The notes under the pieces were generated by a model. It worked only from the letters and a program-made list of their open reading frames with translations, was not told the DNA's origin and did not search any database. 64,000 bases of DNA from the NCBI GenBank assembly GCA_964016885.1, contig OZ024743.1:23312001-23376000 (forward strand), read 5' to 3'. Source of the DNA: Eledone cirrhosa (lineage: Eukaryota). This document shows, one piece after another, positions 1-14,534 of this stretch. The stretch's first letter is position 1; every line of letters starts with the position of its first letter. Made by a program: the position numbers and the translations under genes.

Positions 1-1459
1 TATATATTCTTTTCCACTCCCTCTTTATACATATAACTTTGCAATGGTATTTTCTCAGCTCATTACGTATTGAGTTCAAATTCTGCGAACTTAGCTTTAT
101 CTTTCAGCCGTCTTCCAAGATCGATGCATTGGGTTAGAATTGATCCACTAATACAAATATCTGGTCTTGCTCTTATGCCAGAAGCTGGTAGCAATCATAT
201 CATTGGTTGACCATGCCGAGCTTCATGTCCATGGAAACTAGAGATTTGCATCGATGTTCATCCTTCTTACAGCAGCTCTGTTGTTATTTAACCCCAGGTT
301 TATTCTGTTTGAACAAAACTGCACCCAATGTCACTTCAGTTATGATTGTATATCAAAGACTAGATTGGTTGATATATCTAATGTGTTTTACGTTTTTTTT
401 TTCCTTATTTTATTTATTTATTTTTGTAGCTTTATTTTTAATCGATGGAGTGGGATTTGAAGGAATTTGGCTGCTATTTATAATAGGTCGAGTCACTATG
501 TAGATATCTCCCTATAGCACGTATACACACAACAGAACAACTGAATATGATTAACCCTTTTGATACAGTATTTTCAATTCAAAGAAACTCTCTCTCTCTC
601 AACAGGACGGCCCTAGAACTCCATCAGGAAATATTTAGTAGAAGTATTAGTGGATCAATTCTACTCTAATTTATCGACCCGGGAAGGCTGAAAGACAAAG
701 ATAAGCTCGCAGAATTTGAACTCAAAACGTAAAGGGCCGAGAAGATACCGCAAAGATACTGCGTTTTGTCTGGGACCTTCACAATTCTGCCAACGCATAC
801 ATACATTTCATCATAAGAACATGGGCGATTTCAGGTGGAGTGGTATCAACAGGTTAATGTCAGACAACTGGCGTCACCATGAAGATAAGCACAATAAAAA
901 TAGAAAATTAATTCACAAATGAATAGATAAATGAAACTATCCCGTGACAGATTTTTGTTAACAGGTCATGGAATGGGACAAAAATACTTTGATTACTAAC
1001 AAATGCTTCTGACATAAGAGCAAGGCCAGATATTTATTTAGTAGAAGTGTTAGTGGATCAATTCTATCCTAATTTATCAACCGAAGAAGGCTGAAGATAA
1101 AGCTAAGCTCGCAGAATTTGAACTCAAAACGTAAAAAGCTGAGAAGATACCATTGCAAATGTATGTGTATAAAGGGAGAACTATGGGGAGTGGAGTAGAA
1201 TATTTATATACCTATCTAATATACAGTTAATGGGATGTGGTAAATCAATTTATACATATATACCAGGTTCGAACACAATGGAAAAAACTGCCGCTGTCAC
1301 TACCTCCGTCTCTTACGCTCTCCCCATCTCTCACTATTATGAGCAAATGGGGGCCCACGCTCTGGCCATCCCGCAGCCCCGGCGGGCAGAATAGAGAAGG
1401 CGTTTCGCCGAGAGTTTTGTCCGAGACTTTTACAATTCTGCCAATCTACCACCCTATAA

Positions 1460-2510
1460 ATAATTGTTTCTACTTTAGGCACAAGGGCAGCAATTTGAAG
1501 GGGAGGGGAAGTCAATTAAATCGAACCCAGTGCATTACTGATGCTTTATTCTATCGACCCCATAAGGATGAAAGGCAAAGCTAACCTCGGCGGGATTTGA
1601 ACTCAGAACATAAAGGGCTATAACTCTATACTGCAAAGCATAGTGTCTGAGTCTCTACTGATACTGCCAATCCGCCGCGCTCTTCTCTAGACAGAAGGCC
1701 AGCAATTGTGGAGAGAAGAAAGTCGATTATATCAACTCAAGTATTTGACTAGTACTTTATTTTATCGACCTCAGAAGCATGAAAAACAAAGTTGACCTCG
1801 GCGGGATTTGATCTCAGAATGTAAAGAGCAGAACAAATACTTCAAATCATTTTACCTGATGTTCTAACGAATCTGTCAATCTACCACTTTTATAGATGGT
1901 TTATAATGATTTCAAAATTTGGCACAAGATCATAAATTAAGGGGGAGGGGAAAGTCGATTATATCCTCCCGTTACTTTGCTAGTACTTTATTTTATTGAT
2001 CCCAGAAAGATGGAAGGCAAAGTTTATCTCGACGGAATTTGAACTCAGTATGTAAAGAGATAGATCAAATTGAACTGAGAATGTAAAGAGCCAGAACCAA
2101 CACTACTGAGCATTTGTCAATGCTCTAATGATCCTGACAATCCACCGCCCTATAAATACTAAATAATTGTTTCTACTTCTGGCACAAGGCCAGCAATTAC
2201 CCAGTGTATTACTGGTACTTTATTTTATCGACTCCATAAGGATGAAAGGCAAAGTTAACCTCGGCGGGATTTGAACTCAGAATGGCAAGGGCCGTAACTC
2301 TATGCGTCAAAGCATAGCGTCCGACCCTCTACCGATACTGCCAATCCACATGCCTTAAATACTAAATAATGAAAGAATGATTTCTAATTTAGACACAAGA
2401 TCAGAAATTTGGAAGAAGGGAAAGTCGATTAAATTGCCACATATACTTGACTGGTTCTTTATCTTATCAATTCCAGGGCGAGATTTGAACTAAGAACATA
2501 AAGAGTTGTA
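1460..2510 (-). mobile_element. Cluster of ~5-6 head-to-tail tRNA-derived SINE copies
   Basis: Repeated ggcacaaggccagcaatt...ttttatcgacc...aaggatgaaaggcaaag...gggatttgaactcag (B-box GAGTTCAAATCC on the minus strand). Further copies near 45-180, 630-800, 1020-1150, 5580, 6215-6390, 8760-9065, 9975-10180, 46570-46720, 48520-48660, 55770-55955, 59000-59190 and 62660-62860. Confidence 0.85.
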
Positions 2511-2869
2511 ACTAAACGGAAAATAAAGAAAGGATATAGAAATATGAATCAGTGCGTGTGTTTAATGCTGAGGGATATGACACTTTCAAAACATAGCAAT
2601 ATTTCAAATTTAGTAGAAATAGTCTTTCGCCATATTTTAACTAAAGAAATTAGCCTGATGGTGGGTTTCTTTTTAACCCTCTGAATTGAAAATGATGAGT
2701 GTTTACGTTCATGTACGTTAAGACTCATCATTAGTCAAAATACGGTGAAAGCTTTTATCTACTTATATATATAACCAGCAATTTCTCTGTCTGTCCGACA
2801 GTGGAAACACGTGCGTAGAGAGAGAGTGAGAGTGAAAGAAAGAGACAGACTACGAGAGGGGGATAGCGG

Positions 2870-2912
<43 letters not shown>

Positions 2913-3950
2913 TAGACGTAAAACACGTGCTACAGAAACATTACCTTCCCCTCTCCACTGACTTTGGTCACTGAGGCCGAGGGAATCGCTGGTTGCTATA
3001 GAGACACCTTGCACAAGCCAGAAGTAACCAGTTCGAGGTGGTTCTGACTTGACACCATGCAAAGAAGGTTGATTTGAATTTGTGGTTGTTGCTGCTGATA
3101 ATAAGGACCATTTGAAGAAGGTTGCTGCTGATGAGGTAATTTATTAATCAGATTGCGCAGTTCCATAACCTACGTTTGATTTGTTCAATTTTTTTCTTCA
3201 ATTTTTTTTTGTTGTTTTTTTTTTATTTCTTATTGAAAAAATATAAATAATAAAATAAGGTTAGAAATTTAAATACAATTAAATACGATTTAATTTCCAT
3301 TTCCAGCAGCCAATGTCCAGTGTTCAATTTCATGAAAAAATTGGAAATAATTCAAAAAATTGAAGTTTAACTTTTGAACATTTGTTTTGACAATAAAAAA
3401 ATATTTCCTTATTCACACCTAATGGTATGATTAAAATTTCATAGGAATATTTTTTTCTAACCGCCAGTTATTTAAATATTATTAAAAATAAATGTTTTTT
3501 TTAAAAGAATGGAAGATTTTGTGGATTTTTTTACCACCTTCCAAGCCTTAAACACTAATTCTCGCGAATTTGTGTTTTGTAATGACCCTCAGGACGCTGC
3601 TATTGTTGATTCCAATAGTGCCTGGTATTCGAATATGTTAGTATACAATTTTTTGAATAAAATTAAGGCGCAATTAGAGCTGCCAAACAAAATTTTTTTC
3701 GGCTTCGGCCCATATTATATATATATATAATGGGGATGATGATGATGATATACATAGTTACATATGTATATGTAATCTCCTTATAATATATAACCAGCAA
3801 TTTCTCTGTCTGTCTGTCCGACAGTGGAAACACGTGCGCGCGTGCGAATGTTTTTTGCGCACGCGTAGATAGAGAGTGAGAGTGAAAGAAAGAGACAGAC
3901 TACAAGAGGGGGATAGCGGGAGGGAGAGAGGGGGGAATTGAGGAGTGCTA

Positions 3951-4213
3951 CAGAAACATATATACATTTCTGTGTGTGTATAATATATATATATATACAC
4001 ACACAGAAATATATATATATATACACACAGAAATATATATACATTTCTGTGTGTGTAATATATATATATACACAGAAATATATATACATTTCTGTGTGTG
4101 TAATATATATATATATACACACAGAAATATATATACATCTCTGTGTGTGTAATATATATATATATACACACAGAAATATATATACATTTCTGTGTGTGTA
4201 ATATATATATATA
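3951..4213. repeat. Self-complementary ~38-42-bp minisatellite
   Basis: (cacacagaaatatatatacatttctgtgtgtgtaatatatata)n. Confidence 0.85.
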
Positions 4214-4420
4214 CTAGCAGAAAACCACCCGGTGGGTGGTTTTCTGCTAGTCTATATATCTAAAACAGAGAATGTCTGTCTGTCTGTCTCCTTAAAACCA
4301 GAGAACCACCCAACCGATTTTTCTCAAACTTTACGCATGTCATACTTATGGTCGTGTGAGTGTTTTGAGCAAAATATATTTCAAATTTTCAATGCCCTAG
4401 GGATCGCATTAGGCGCTGGT

Positions 4421-4477
<57 letters not shown>

Positions 4478-6015
4478 CTTAGTCTGTATTTTTAGATAGA
4501 TACATAGCTATAACGTCGCGCCCTTATAATATCTGTCTGTATGTCGAAGGAAAATAGGAAGATATACTTTTGTTCGTGAAGACGTTCCCTGGCAATGAAC
4601 GGAAAAAGGCGAAGATAATACGTCAGCAATGAGAACAATATTTGCTCTAGGGTTTTCATATATTTGATATATATTTATCCTTATCGAGCCTTCTTTGGTT
4701 CGACTAACACTATATATATATATATATACACTATATATACATATATACACACACACAGATAGCGAAGTCAATGTTTTCATAATGTCGTAATGCAAATAGA
4801 TACATAGCTATAACGTCGCGCCCCGGTTAAGACAGCACCCATGGCTTAGCATTTACATAGTCAACGGTTTGGAAATCACATGCATCACTGACGAGTTTAC
4901 TCCTTACTCTACCAGTTAGTCTTAGTGTACTTCGTCCTTCTTTTAGGTCATGCTGAAGATTGCAATGTTAAAATATCAGCCGTTTTTCGATAAGGTTGTC
5001 GTTAAACCTTTAGCACAGAAGACTTTTCGCATTCTTGGTCCCTGTAGCACATCACTGTTAACTGCTAACTGCTATCGGGTTGGAGTTGGCCACCCGCATG
5101 AGCGAGCCCCAGGAGCTGGCATGACTATTTCAACGCGTCACCCTCGCTATCCTCCGAGATAACGTCTTCTCCATTCTGTCCCATGGGGTTCTACAAGCCA
5201 GAGAATATTCTTCAATTCTGTTCGTGTTCATATCATTGGGATAGCGATTGCATAGGTTGCTGATACTTACATGTTTCTTAGCGCACAATTTATTACCTAC
5301 GGAAGATAGATATATCGTGAACTGATAGTAGTTGGAACTTTCAGAGCTGCAATCCAAGGGAAGTAATTATTGTATAACTTAAATTTTATGACGCAGTTAT
5401 GTACCTTTGTTGTATCAAAAACAACTTTTTTCTTTCTATTATTACAATTTAACTTGTACCTCATTCGAAATTCCTTCGCAGTCAAATACCAGGATCGATT
5501 GAATAAATTAATCTCTTTTCCTATGTATTTATGGCTTTACTCTAATGTTAAATGGGGTGAATATAATTGACTTTACCTTTACCTAAATTGCTGGCCTTGT
5601 GCCAAAATTATAAATTATTATTATGTTCTAAAGAAATTAAATATATAGTCAGCAAGACCGAGGTACAAATTACATATGAAACATTTTCACTTCGTTTAAG
5701 TAGTGACAAATACGAATCAACGATTTAATGTCAGCAGTTCCAATTATAGACGGGTATCAAACATAGTAATAGAATGTTAATATATTTGCTATCAGAATAT
5801 GAAGATTATTTTTCAAAAAAAAAAAAAAAGAAATACTGGCGTTCTTTATATGATTTCACTAACGAATGCCAGGATTACATTTTAAAAAGCATCAATAAGA
5901 AATTTGATGTCATCACTTGCTTTTACTTGCCATTTCTTGTAGACACAAGCTGCTGCGACAAAAAAATGAACTACTTCATAGAGAACGTCCGCGTTGGTGA
6001 GTCACCGTCAGTATA

Positions 6016-6202
6016 CAGTGAAATTCCGTTATAACGAAATTCACGGGGTATAAAGAAAATTCGTTGTAACAAAAAATTCTTTATAACGAGATCGACCGAA
6101 ACAAATCGAGCGTTTGTTTCTTATTACCTCGGGGATTGAAAAAAATTTCGTTATACTGAAAAATGTGTTATAATGGTATGCGTTATAACGGAATTTTAGC
6201 TG
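6016..6202. mobile_element. Tc1/mariner (pogo/Tigger-like) MITE
   Basis: TIRs cagtgaaattccgttataacg / cgttataacggaattttagctg, TA flanks. Confidence 0.7.
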
Positions 6203-6464
6203 TATATGTTAATATTGATTTCTGATTTAGACACAAGGCTAAAACATTTGATGGAAGGGCAAAGTTTAATAAATCAACTGAAGTATTTGACTGGTACTTT
6301 ATTGTATCGATCTAGAAGGATGAAAGGCAAACTTGACTCCAGCGGAATGTAAAGAGACAGAACTAATAGAGGAATGGCATTGTATCCGACGCATTTATAT
6401 GTGTTAATATTGAAAGAATGAATGTATTCGCTAATGAAAATAGTTACACATCAAATAACTACCT

Positions 6465-6960
6465 TCTTTCAGGGGGGTCCTATCAGAAGCAACCGTCTCC
6501 AACTGATCTAGCCGGATTCCCAAGCGAGACCAGCCAAGCGAGACCAGCCAAGCGATTCTTTCTTGAGATATTCTAACCACATGCTCATAGTAACAGAGCT
6601 GTGATCTCTCAATTCAGAGAAGTAATGGCTCTATCTTAAATGATTCTCTAATCTCCGAGTTACGCAATTTATCGAGTAACGTTACTCCAAAGACCCTTTG
6701 TAGGAATCCCATTTCAGCCGCGTGTATTCACGATCGTATACTTTCGGTCATTACCCAAGATTCATGACCATAGGTATGGGTTGGCGGGAATACCAAATTG
6801 AAGATAGCAAGTTTGGCTTTTACACCTACCTCTCTTTTTCTAATTACCGAATGCTGAAGCTGGCGCATTACTGCACCAGCTCCTGCAATTCTTGCACTTA
6901 ATTCAGCCTCCTGCCTTCCATCACTCGTGAACATGACCCTGAGATACTTGAACTTTGGCA
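6465..6960 (-). mobile_element. RTE (Expander-like) LINE 3' fragment
   Basis: FKYLRVMFTSDGRQEAELSARI...YGHESWVMTE. Confidence 0.75.
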
Positions 6961-9604
6961 TTCATGAATCTTATTTCATGCATGAATAACGTATATATTG
7001 TAGTTAACTAAATGCACAGTTATTTCTATATATTTCACATCAGTTATATGTATGATGCTCATAATTTCCCTTCTTTACCAATATCGTATTTCATATCCAT
7101 CGATGTTTTACTTTCACTTTTTTACAGAACGAAATTAGGAATTTGGCATGATTTTACTATAGAAATGTATTTAAAATTAAGAGGGAAAGACAGCTTGCGT
7201 CTTTTCTTTTATTAGTTTTCAGCACATTTAACGAAATATGGATTTAGCTAATCGTATTTTTGCTTGTTAAACTTAAATAAGCTGTAGGTGACATAACTTC
7301 AGTTTAGTGTCCTTCATTCGATCTGGTTTCTTCTCAATTGTTTTTAATTATATATAGTTTACCGAGATACATTTTCAGAAAAGTAGATTATGGTTTAACT
7401 GATGAAAATAATATTCCTTTTGTACGCAATTGAAATGAAAATGCGTTCCATGGTGGTATTTATGTGGCTCACTGACGAAGAAACCGAGATTTCACGCATG
7501 TGGAAACGGTGTAACTTTGCTGTATATGCACTCATTATAAAGAAGGGTGTTGGTCAATAAAAAGAATACTGTGAAAATATTCACTGCTTATTTCTTTCTA
7601 AAACTAACAAATTCAAAAACATTGTAGATATAATCATTCCATGTTTTAATCAGACAGTGTTATCTAGGAATCTATAAACCAGCATGTCCACCCTTTTAAA
7701 GGTGGTAGGCAATAATTTGAAAGAGATTTAGATACTAATTCTTGCAGGTCAAGCAACCAAGCAAAGGCTCTTTTGTTGGCTTTTGATGTTAATAGTAAAT
7801 AGATTAACGCCAAAATAATTTGATCTTGTTAACTAGTGTCTTATTCTACCAATAAATGTTTTACATATAACCTCAGTTACAAAGGAAAGAAAATCAAAAT
7901 AAAATTGTTTTTTTAATAGAAGCAATATTTTATTTTAACCAAAGCTACATGAATATCTATATATAAATTTGAGCGACTTCCGTTCATCACACAATGTGTG
8001 TGTGTGTTTATGTGAATGTAAAAGTAAAAGGAAGAAAGGCGATGGTGAAAAAACAATAGCAAAACAGCGTCTGACGTTTCATTTGCTACGCTCTATGTGA
8101 GTGTATGTGTATGTGTGTTTGTGTAAATGTATGTGTATTTGTGTGAATGTATATCTGTGAGTGTGTATTTTTGTAAGTGTGTCTGTGTTCACGCGTTTAT
8201 ATTTATAGACTCATAAATATGCACATACACATCAGTGTGATGACAAAAATTCTAGTGTTATAAAAACGCAGTCAATTCTGACACTTCATTTTTTGTTTAT
8301 AGTTGAACTAGCAGAAAAACCGCTAGCATATTAAAATCTGCTATCATATGTAGTGTGCATATTGATATTATACGTAAATATATGCATATAATAGATATGA
8401 TATGCACAGATATTGAACAAAGACTGTGTTACATTTTCTTATGTAATCAATAAAATAATCTATGATACATTTAAAAATAACGATATTATATATCAATAGT
8501 ATTACGGTGAAATGTCATGAAAACGAAAAAGGACAAAATGAGATTAGCGACAGAAATATAAACGTTATGATATAACGAACGCTAACCGGTGTTGACATTT
8601 GAAATTTTTAACAGAAGTGAATCTTGAAATAAGCAATACATTATATATAAGATTATTTATGTTTAATCAAGAGCTAAGAAATTTAGTAGATGAATTAGAT
8701 GATATTCATTCATGATATATTCAAAGTAATCCAACTTATTTTAATAAGTGATGTAAAATAATTGTCTCTACTTTAGGCACAAGGCCAGCAATTACCCAGT
8801 GCATTACTGGTACTTTATTTTATCGATGAAAGGCAAAGTCAACCTCGGCGGGATTTGAACTCAGATCGTAAAGGGACGTAACTATGCTGGAATGCATGGC
8901 GTCCGACCCTCTACTGATACTGCCAATCCACAAAATAATAAACTCGACACAGTCTCGCAGTTCTCTAATCGTTACATTGCCTTTCATACTTATGAGGTCG
9001 ATAAAATAAAAGCACCAGTAATGCACTGAGATAATTGCTAGCCTTGTGCCAAAAGTAGAAACAGTTATATATAAGATTTTGACATTTAGATTTCTTGATT
9101 CTAACCATTTGACATAATTTGTTATCTACAATAACTAATGTCATTCATTTCAGATTGTTTTCAAATTTTATATGAAATTGTCTGAATATCTTTAAAGCAT
9201 TTCGATAGTTAAAAGCAATGTAAAAATCTATCTGGGACTTCCTTTTATTCAGTTTTTATGTCATTATCATATTGATGGTGTTTGAATTCAACAACAAAAA
9301 CACCTTTAATTTAAACAACAGAAATTATCTTAGTATATAAGCAAATTTTAAAAGAAGAAAAACAATCAATTGTAATTAATTGTATGTTTGTAGTTCACTT
9401 TGTACCATGGTGCCTGTTTTGATAAGCAAAATAAACCAAAGAAGCAAGACCATTCTTTAATGATTCCTTCAAGGCAGAAGCATTTCAATGCATTATTTGC
9501 CATTTCTTCACTTTTATTCCTGTTTTTTTCTATCTTCTCATGATTCTTGTTGTTTTTCGTATATTTCACTGCATAAGAATAAATGTATCACTGAAAACAA
9601 AAAA

Positions 9605-9870
9605 CTAGTAAAACGAAAACCTAATCAATGAAAGTGTATCTGGAATTATAATTATGGCAGCTAAAATAGTGAAGAAAGCGATAGCTAATGCACCCATAGC
9701 TTGTGATGAAGGTCTGTTATCTGTGGCACTTATTTTCATGGCAATATACCTCGATGTTTCATTTAAATTTACAGTTAGTTCTTTTCGGGTCTTTTCCATT
9801 CGTTTTGCAAGATCTTGGGTTGATTCCACAAAACAAGGACATGGACATAAAGTTCCATTTTCAGAGGAAT
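9605..9870 (-). CDS. Last (or near-last) coding exon of the host gene: juxtamembrane region and TM helix of a single-pass mucin-stalk membrane protein
   Basis: Acceptor ttattcacag|AT (phase 1) at 9871-9872. Translation SSENGTLCPCPCFVESTQDLAKRMEKTRKELTVNLNETSRYIAMKISATDNRPSSQAMGALAIAFFTILAAIIIIPDTLSLIRFSFY*. The pattern CxC..(helix)..LxV..S...K.SA.D.R.SS..G-TM-D resembles, from recall, the C-terminus of uncharacterised molluscan WSC/mucin-like membrane proteins. Confidence 0.85.
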
Positions 9871-10783
9871 CTGTGAATAAAATATAAATTTCTAACATAG
9901 AGACAAGGTAACAAGCAGGGAAAAATGGACGTAAAATGATGATGATGATGATAATATAGTTGATTACATAAAATATCAATTTCTACATAGAGACAAGGTG
10001 ACAAAATTTGAAGGAAGTATATAGTTGATTACATCAACCCAGTACTTGACTACTACAATATTTAACAATCTTGTAATGATGAAAGGTAAAGTCAACTCCA
10101 TCCACAGTTGAACTCAAAGAGTAAAAAGATCACTAAATATCATGCAACATTTTGTTCATAGCTCTACTGACTGTGTAAACCCCTCATCCTAGACATAAAC
10201 ATGACTGTGTAGTTAAGGCATTTGATGTACATCCACATAGCTCCACATTCAATTCTAGAGAGCGGCAGCTTCAGCAAGTAAAAGTTATCTTGTATAATTT
10301 CATGTTGACTGGTGTGGAGTCCCATCATACAAGTGTGTGCATATGAAGGAATGTGTCTTAGTGGTCTTAGTGGTTAGTGTGTTCATAATCACCTGACACA
10401 CACAGTCACATCTGATAATGGTTTCTAATTCTGGCATAAGACCAGCAATTTACGGCAGAAGGGAAATTCAATTATATATATATATATATATATTAAAATA
10501 ACAGAATAAAGTTTAAGCAAAGAATCGGTGCTTTCACCCTTAACTGGATCTATCCTTATCGAGCCCTCTTTGGATTTTAGTCTTCATATTTATTATTACT
10601 ATATTGCCAGACACACAAGAAAAAGAACATGTTTTTGCCTGCAGCTTATCACATAAACGCAAATTCATCTGAGGAAATTGCTTTCATACCAGCAACAAAT
10701 GTAAATACTGCATCCTGGATTGCATAAGGGTCGCCATATAAATAATTATAATGAATAAACACTTCATCTTTCTTAATGTTATT

Positions 10784-10851
<68 letters not shown>

Positions 10852-11622
10852 TCTAAAGTCTGTCTTAAGCCAGACGGCTCATTTGGATGGTGCTTATCCC
10901 GGTTTCATGGCGTGAAGCGACTGAGAGTACAAAACTCCCTCCTGGACAGGATGCCAGTCCATCACTGGGTTAAACCCCTAGCTATAGCTGGTACTCATTT
11001 TCAGCTGAGTATACTGGAGCAACATTTAGGAATCAAATCCACGACATTATGATCTTAAGTCCGACACCCTCACCACTAGGCCACGTGCCTCTACTATATA
11101 TATATATATATAAAGAGAGAAAGAGAAATATATATAATCAAGAAGAAGAAGAAGAAATAGAAGTTTGTGATGGTGGGGATAGGTTGGGGACAGTTGAGAG
11201 GGTGACTGTGTCTGCTCACAACAGTATAGGTACCTAAAACTCATAATGAATCCACATTATGCACAGCACTCTAATGTGTTCATACCCATTATTAATGCAC
11301 ATAATCAGTGCATTATTTCTTTCCCCTTTCTAATATCTATCTGAGTATTCTTTGTCTAGCCACCATGCTATGCTTCATTGGGGAGATTTAATAAAGTTGA
11401 AACAAGTTGGCTTAATATCGAGGTTCACTCTGATGGCATTGGCTTAAATTGTTCCAAAAGATCAAGAACAGCCAGTACTATGAGAGAGAGGTTTCTCTCC
11501 TGCTAGCTTTCCATCACATAAAAACATCTATAGGGAGCTTTGGGCTTGAAGTAGCGAGGATTGTCTCAGTTGATTGGAGTTTTTGTTTTCACTCGCTAAA
11601 TTCAGTCAGTGTATGAATATAT

Positions 11623-11676
11623 ATGTGAGAAAAACCACAGATGTGAGAAAAACCACAGATGTGAGAAAAACCACAG
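11623..11676. repeat. 18-bp tandem repeat x3
   Basis: (atgtgagaaaaaccacag)3. Confidence 0.9.
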
Positions 11677-11893
11677 ACCCTCCATCTCAACTCTACTTTT
11701 GAAAAGCAGAAGAACTGCGAAACTGGTAAAGGAACCAAATAAATATATATATATTTTTTTAAAATAAGACTCCAGTTGCATTTTCGATTTCATCTTTTTT
11801 TCTTTATACTTTCACTCATGTAGGACACCTCGGTTATTTTTCATTTTGTATAAAAAACCTCACTTTCTAATATATATATATAGCTATCTAGTG

Positions 11894-11928
<35 letters not shown>

Positions 11929-12406
11929 CAGTGGGGAAGGGTAACCTGGAAAGCAAAGCATGCAGTTCAATCGCCATGGCGGAAAGTGGGCTGTGCAGCC
12001 TTACCACCCCCCAAAAAATTCCCTCTAAATGACCCTCCCGGTCAAAGCCGCATGTAGTGTTATCTAGTGTGTTTGTGTGTGTTATCTTTTTATGAGTCTA
12101 CGAATTAGTAAGCAGTCAAAATTCTACTTTCTCCGAAGCTGTCGTGTGTTTGTGTGTATGTGTTTGTGTGTATGTGTTTGTGTGTATGTGTATGTGTTAT
12201 CTTTTTTTGTATCTATACGTTTTAGTAAGCAGCCAAAATTCTGCTTGCTTCAACCGACGCAATTGATCAACTCAAGATTCTATAACGCATGCACTGCATG
12301 CGTTGCATGCACGGACCCTTCACCCTTGATATATAGCTATCAAGTGTGTGTGTATGTACATATATATATATATAGCTATCTAGTGTATGTATCTAGTGTA
12401 TATATT

Positions 12407-14482
12407 GGAACAGCACAGTAGATAAGGCTATTAGAGACAAAAGACTAGCATGGAAGGCTTGGAAAAGGGGTGGGAGTAGGGAAGAATATACAGCCACTAA
12501 GAGAGAAGCTAGACGTCAGGTGTACTTAGCACGCAGGGAGGCAGAGAGTAGGAGGTTTGCCAATGTTCTGCGACGGGAAGATCAGAGGCGTGCGGTGTTC
12601 CACATTGCAAGGCAGTGTGTCAATGCAAATCAGGATGTTGTTGGAGATAAATGTGTCCGGGATGATGCCGGTGTACTTAGTGTCACGAATGATCAGAAAA
12701 AGGAGGCCTGGAAATGTCATTATTAGAGACTGATGAATGTGGAGAACGAATGGGAGAGAGAGAAATTACCCTTGGTGGATCCGACAGAGGGACCAGCTAT
12801 TGAGATTGACGAATATAGGGTCCAAGAGGCGATTAGGGAAATGAAAAATGGTAAGGCTGCCGGACCATCGTGAATAGTTGCTGAGATGCTGAAGGCATCA
12901 TGGGACGTAGGCACTAAACTGGTTGCACGCATCATCAATCAGGCTATATATGGTGGTGTCATACCCAAAGACTGGTGCAGCAGTATTCTCATAAATTGCT
13001 ACAAAGGTAAAGGGGATGCTTTGGAGAGGAGCAATTATAGGGGTATAAAACTGATAGATCAGGTTATGAAAGTGGCAGAAAGGATTTTAGCGCAACTAAT
13101 TAGAGAAAGGGTCAAACTAGATGAGATGCAGTTTGGTTTTGTGCCTGGGAAGAGTACAACAGATGCCCTCTTCTTGGTGAGACAATTGCAAGAGAGGTTC
13201 TTAGAGAAGAATAAGCCACTATACTTAGCCTTTGTTGACCTAGAGAAGGCCTTTGATAGGGTACCCCGATCTGTCATCTGGTGGTCCCTAAGGAAGCTAG
13301 GTGTTGAGGAATGGCTTGTGAGGACAGTGCAAACTTTGTACAGAGGTACTCTCAGTAAAGTCAGGGTAGGAATGGAGTTTAGTGAGGAATTCCAGATACA
13401 AGTAGGAGTACATCAGGGTTCGGTCCTCAGCCCGCTCTTGTTCATTATAGTCCTCCAAGCCATAACAGAGGAGTTTAAGACTGGCTGTCCATGGTAACTT
13501 CTCTACGCTGACGATCTGGTTCTTATAGCAGAATCAGTAGAGGAGCTAGAGAATAAATTCTGGCTATGGAAACAGCAGTTGGAAGCAAGAGGACTGAGAG
13601 TGAATCTAGCTAAGACAAAAGTGTTGATGAGTAGAAAAGTGGACAAAACCCTGATTCCGTCAGGGAAATGGCCATGTTCGATATGCAGAAAAGGAACTGG
13701 CATAAATTCTATAAAATGCACACAATGCAGATCCTGGGTACACAAGAGATGTAGCGGGATAGCAGGCAAACTAACAGGTAGAGAGAAATATGTATGCAGT
13801 AGATGTACAGGGAAATTAGACAGTAGAAGTCACACTGATAAACACATTTTACAAATGCTAGAGGGCGCTATAGAAGTGGTGGATAGCTTCCGGTACCTAG
13901 GAGATCAGATTAGCATGGGAGGAGGGTGTTCCGAGGCCATAGTATCTAGAATAAGGACGGGTTGGAAGAAGTTTAGGGAGCTGCTTCCTCTGTTAACGAA
14001 GAAGGGTTTCTCCCTGCGTACGAAAGGCCGGTTGTATGATGCCTGTGTGAGGAGCGCGATGCTGCATGGTAGTGAGACATGGGCAGCAACTGCAGAGGAT
14101 ATGCGACGGCTGAATAGAAATGAAGCAAGCATGCTCCGTTGGATGTTCAGTGTAAATGTGCGTGAACGACCCAACATAAATGTGTTGAGAGAGAAACTGT
14201 GTCTGAGAGGGATAGAATGTAGTGTACGGGAGAGGAGACTGAGGTGGTATGGACATGTGATGCGCATGGAGGATGACCGATGGGTGAAGAAGTGCCAGGA
14301 ATTGCCAGTTGAAGGAAGACGTGGTAGAGGTAGACCACGAAAAACATGGGCGGAGGTGGTGAGAACAGACCTCAGATCATTGAAAATCACGGTGGAGATG
14401 ACGAGGGACCGTGACGAGTGGAGAGATGCTGTGCTGAATAAGACCCGTCCCACCCTTGCAAGCAGGGAAAAGCGGACGTAAA

Positions 14483-14517
<35 letters not shown>
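12407..14517 (+). mobile_element. 5'-truncated RTE-group LINE (RT plus PHD-like finger) with in-frame stops
   Basis: RT motifs NYRGIKL, QFGFVPGKST, AFVDLEKAFD, GVHQGSVLSP, LYADD; C4HC3 finger; C-terminal GRPRKTW..DRDEW; (GAT)n tail. Confidence 0.93.
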
Positions 14518-14534
14518 ATCATGTATATATATAG

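Noticed and set aside
3758-4213. CRISPR-like array or coding repeats
   Set aside because: Eukaryotic context, no unique spacers, no cas genes; simple minisatellite
7472-7520. CTGACGA...GAAAC hammerhead-like motif (also at ~52850)
   Set aside because: No consistent stems I/II, or GAAA is missing
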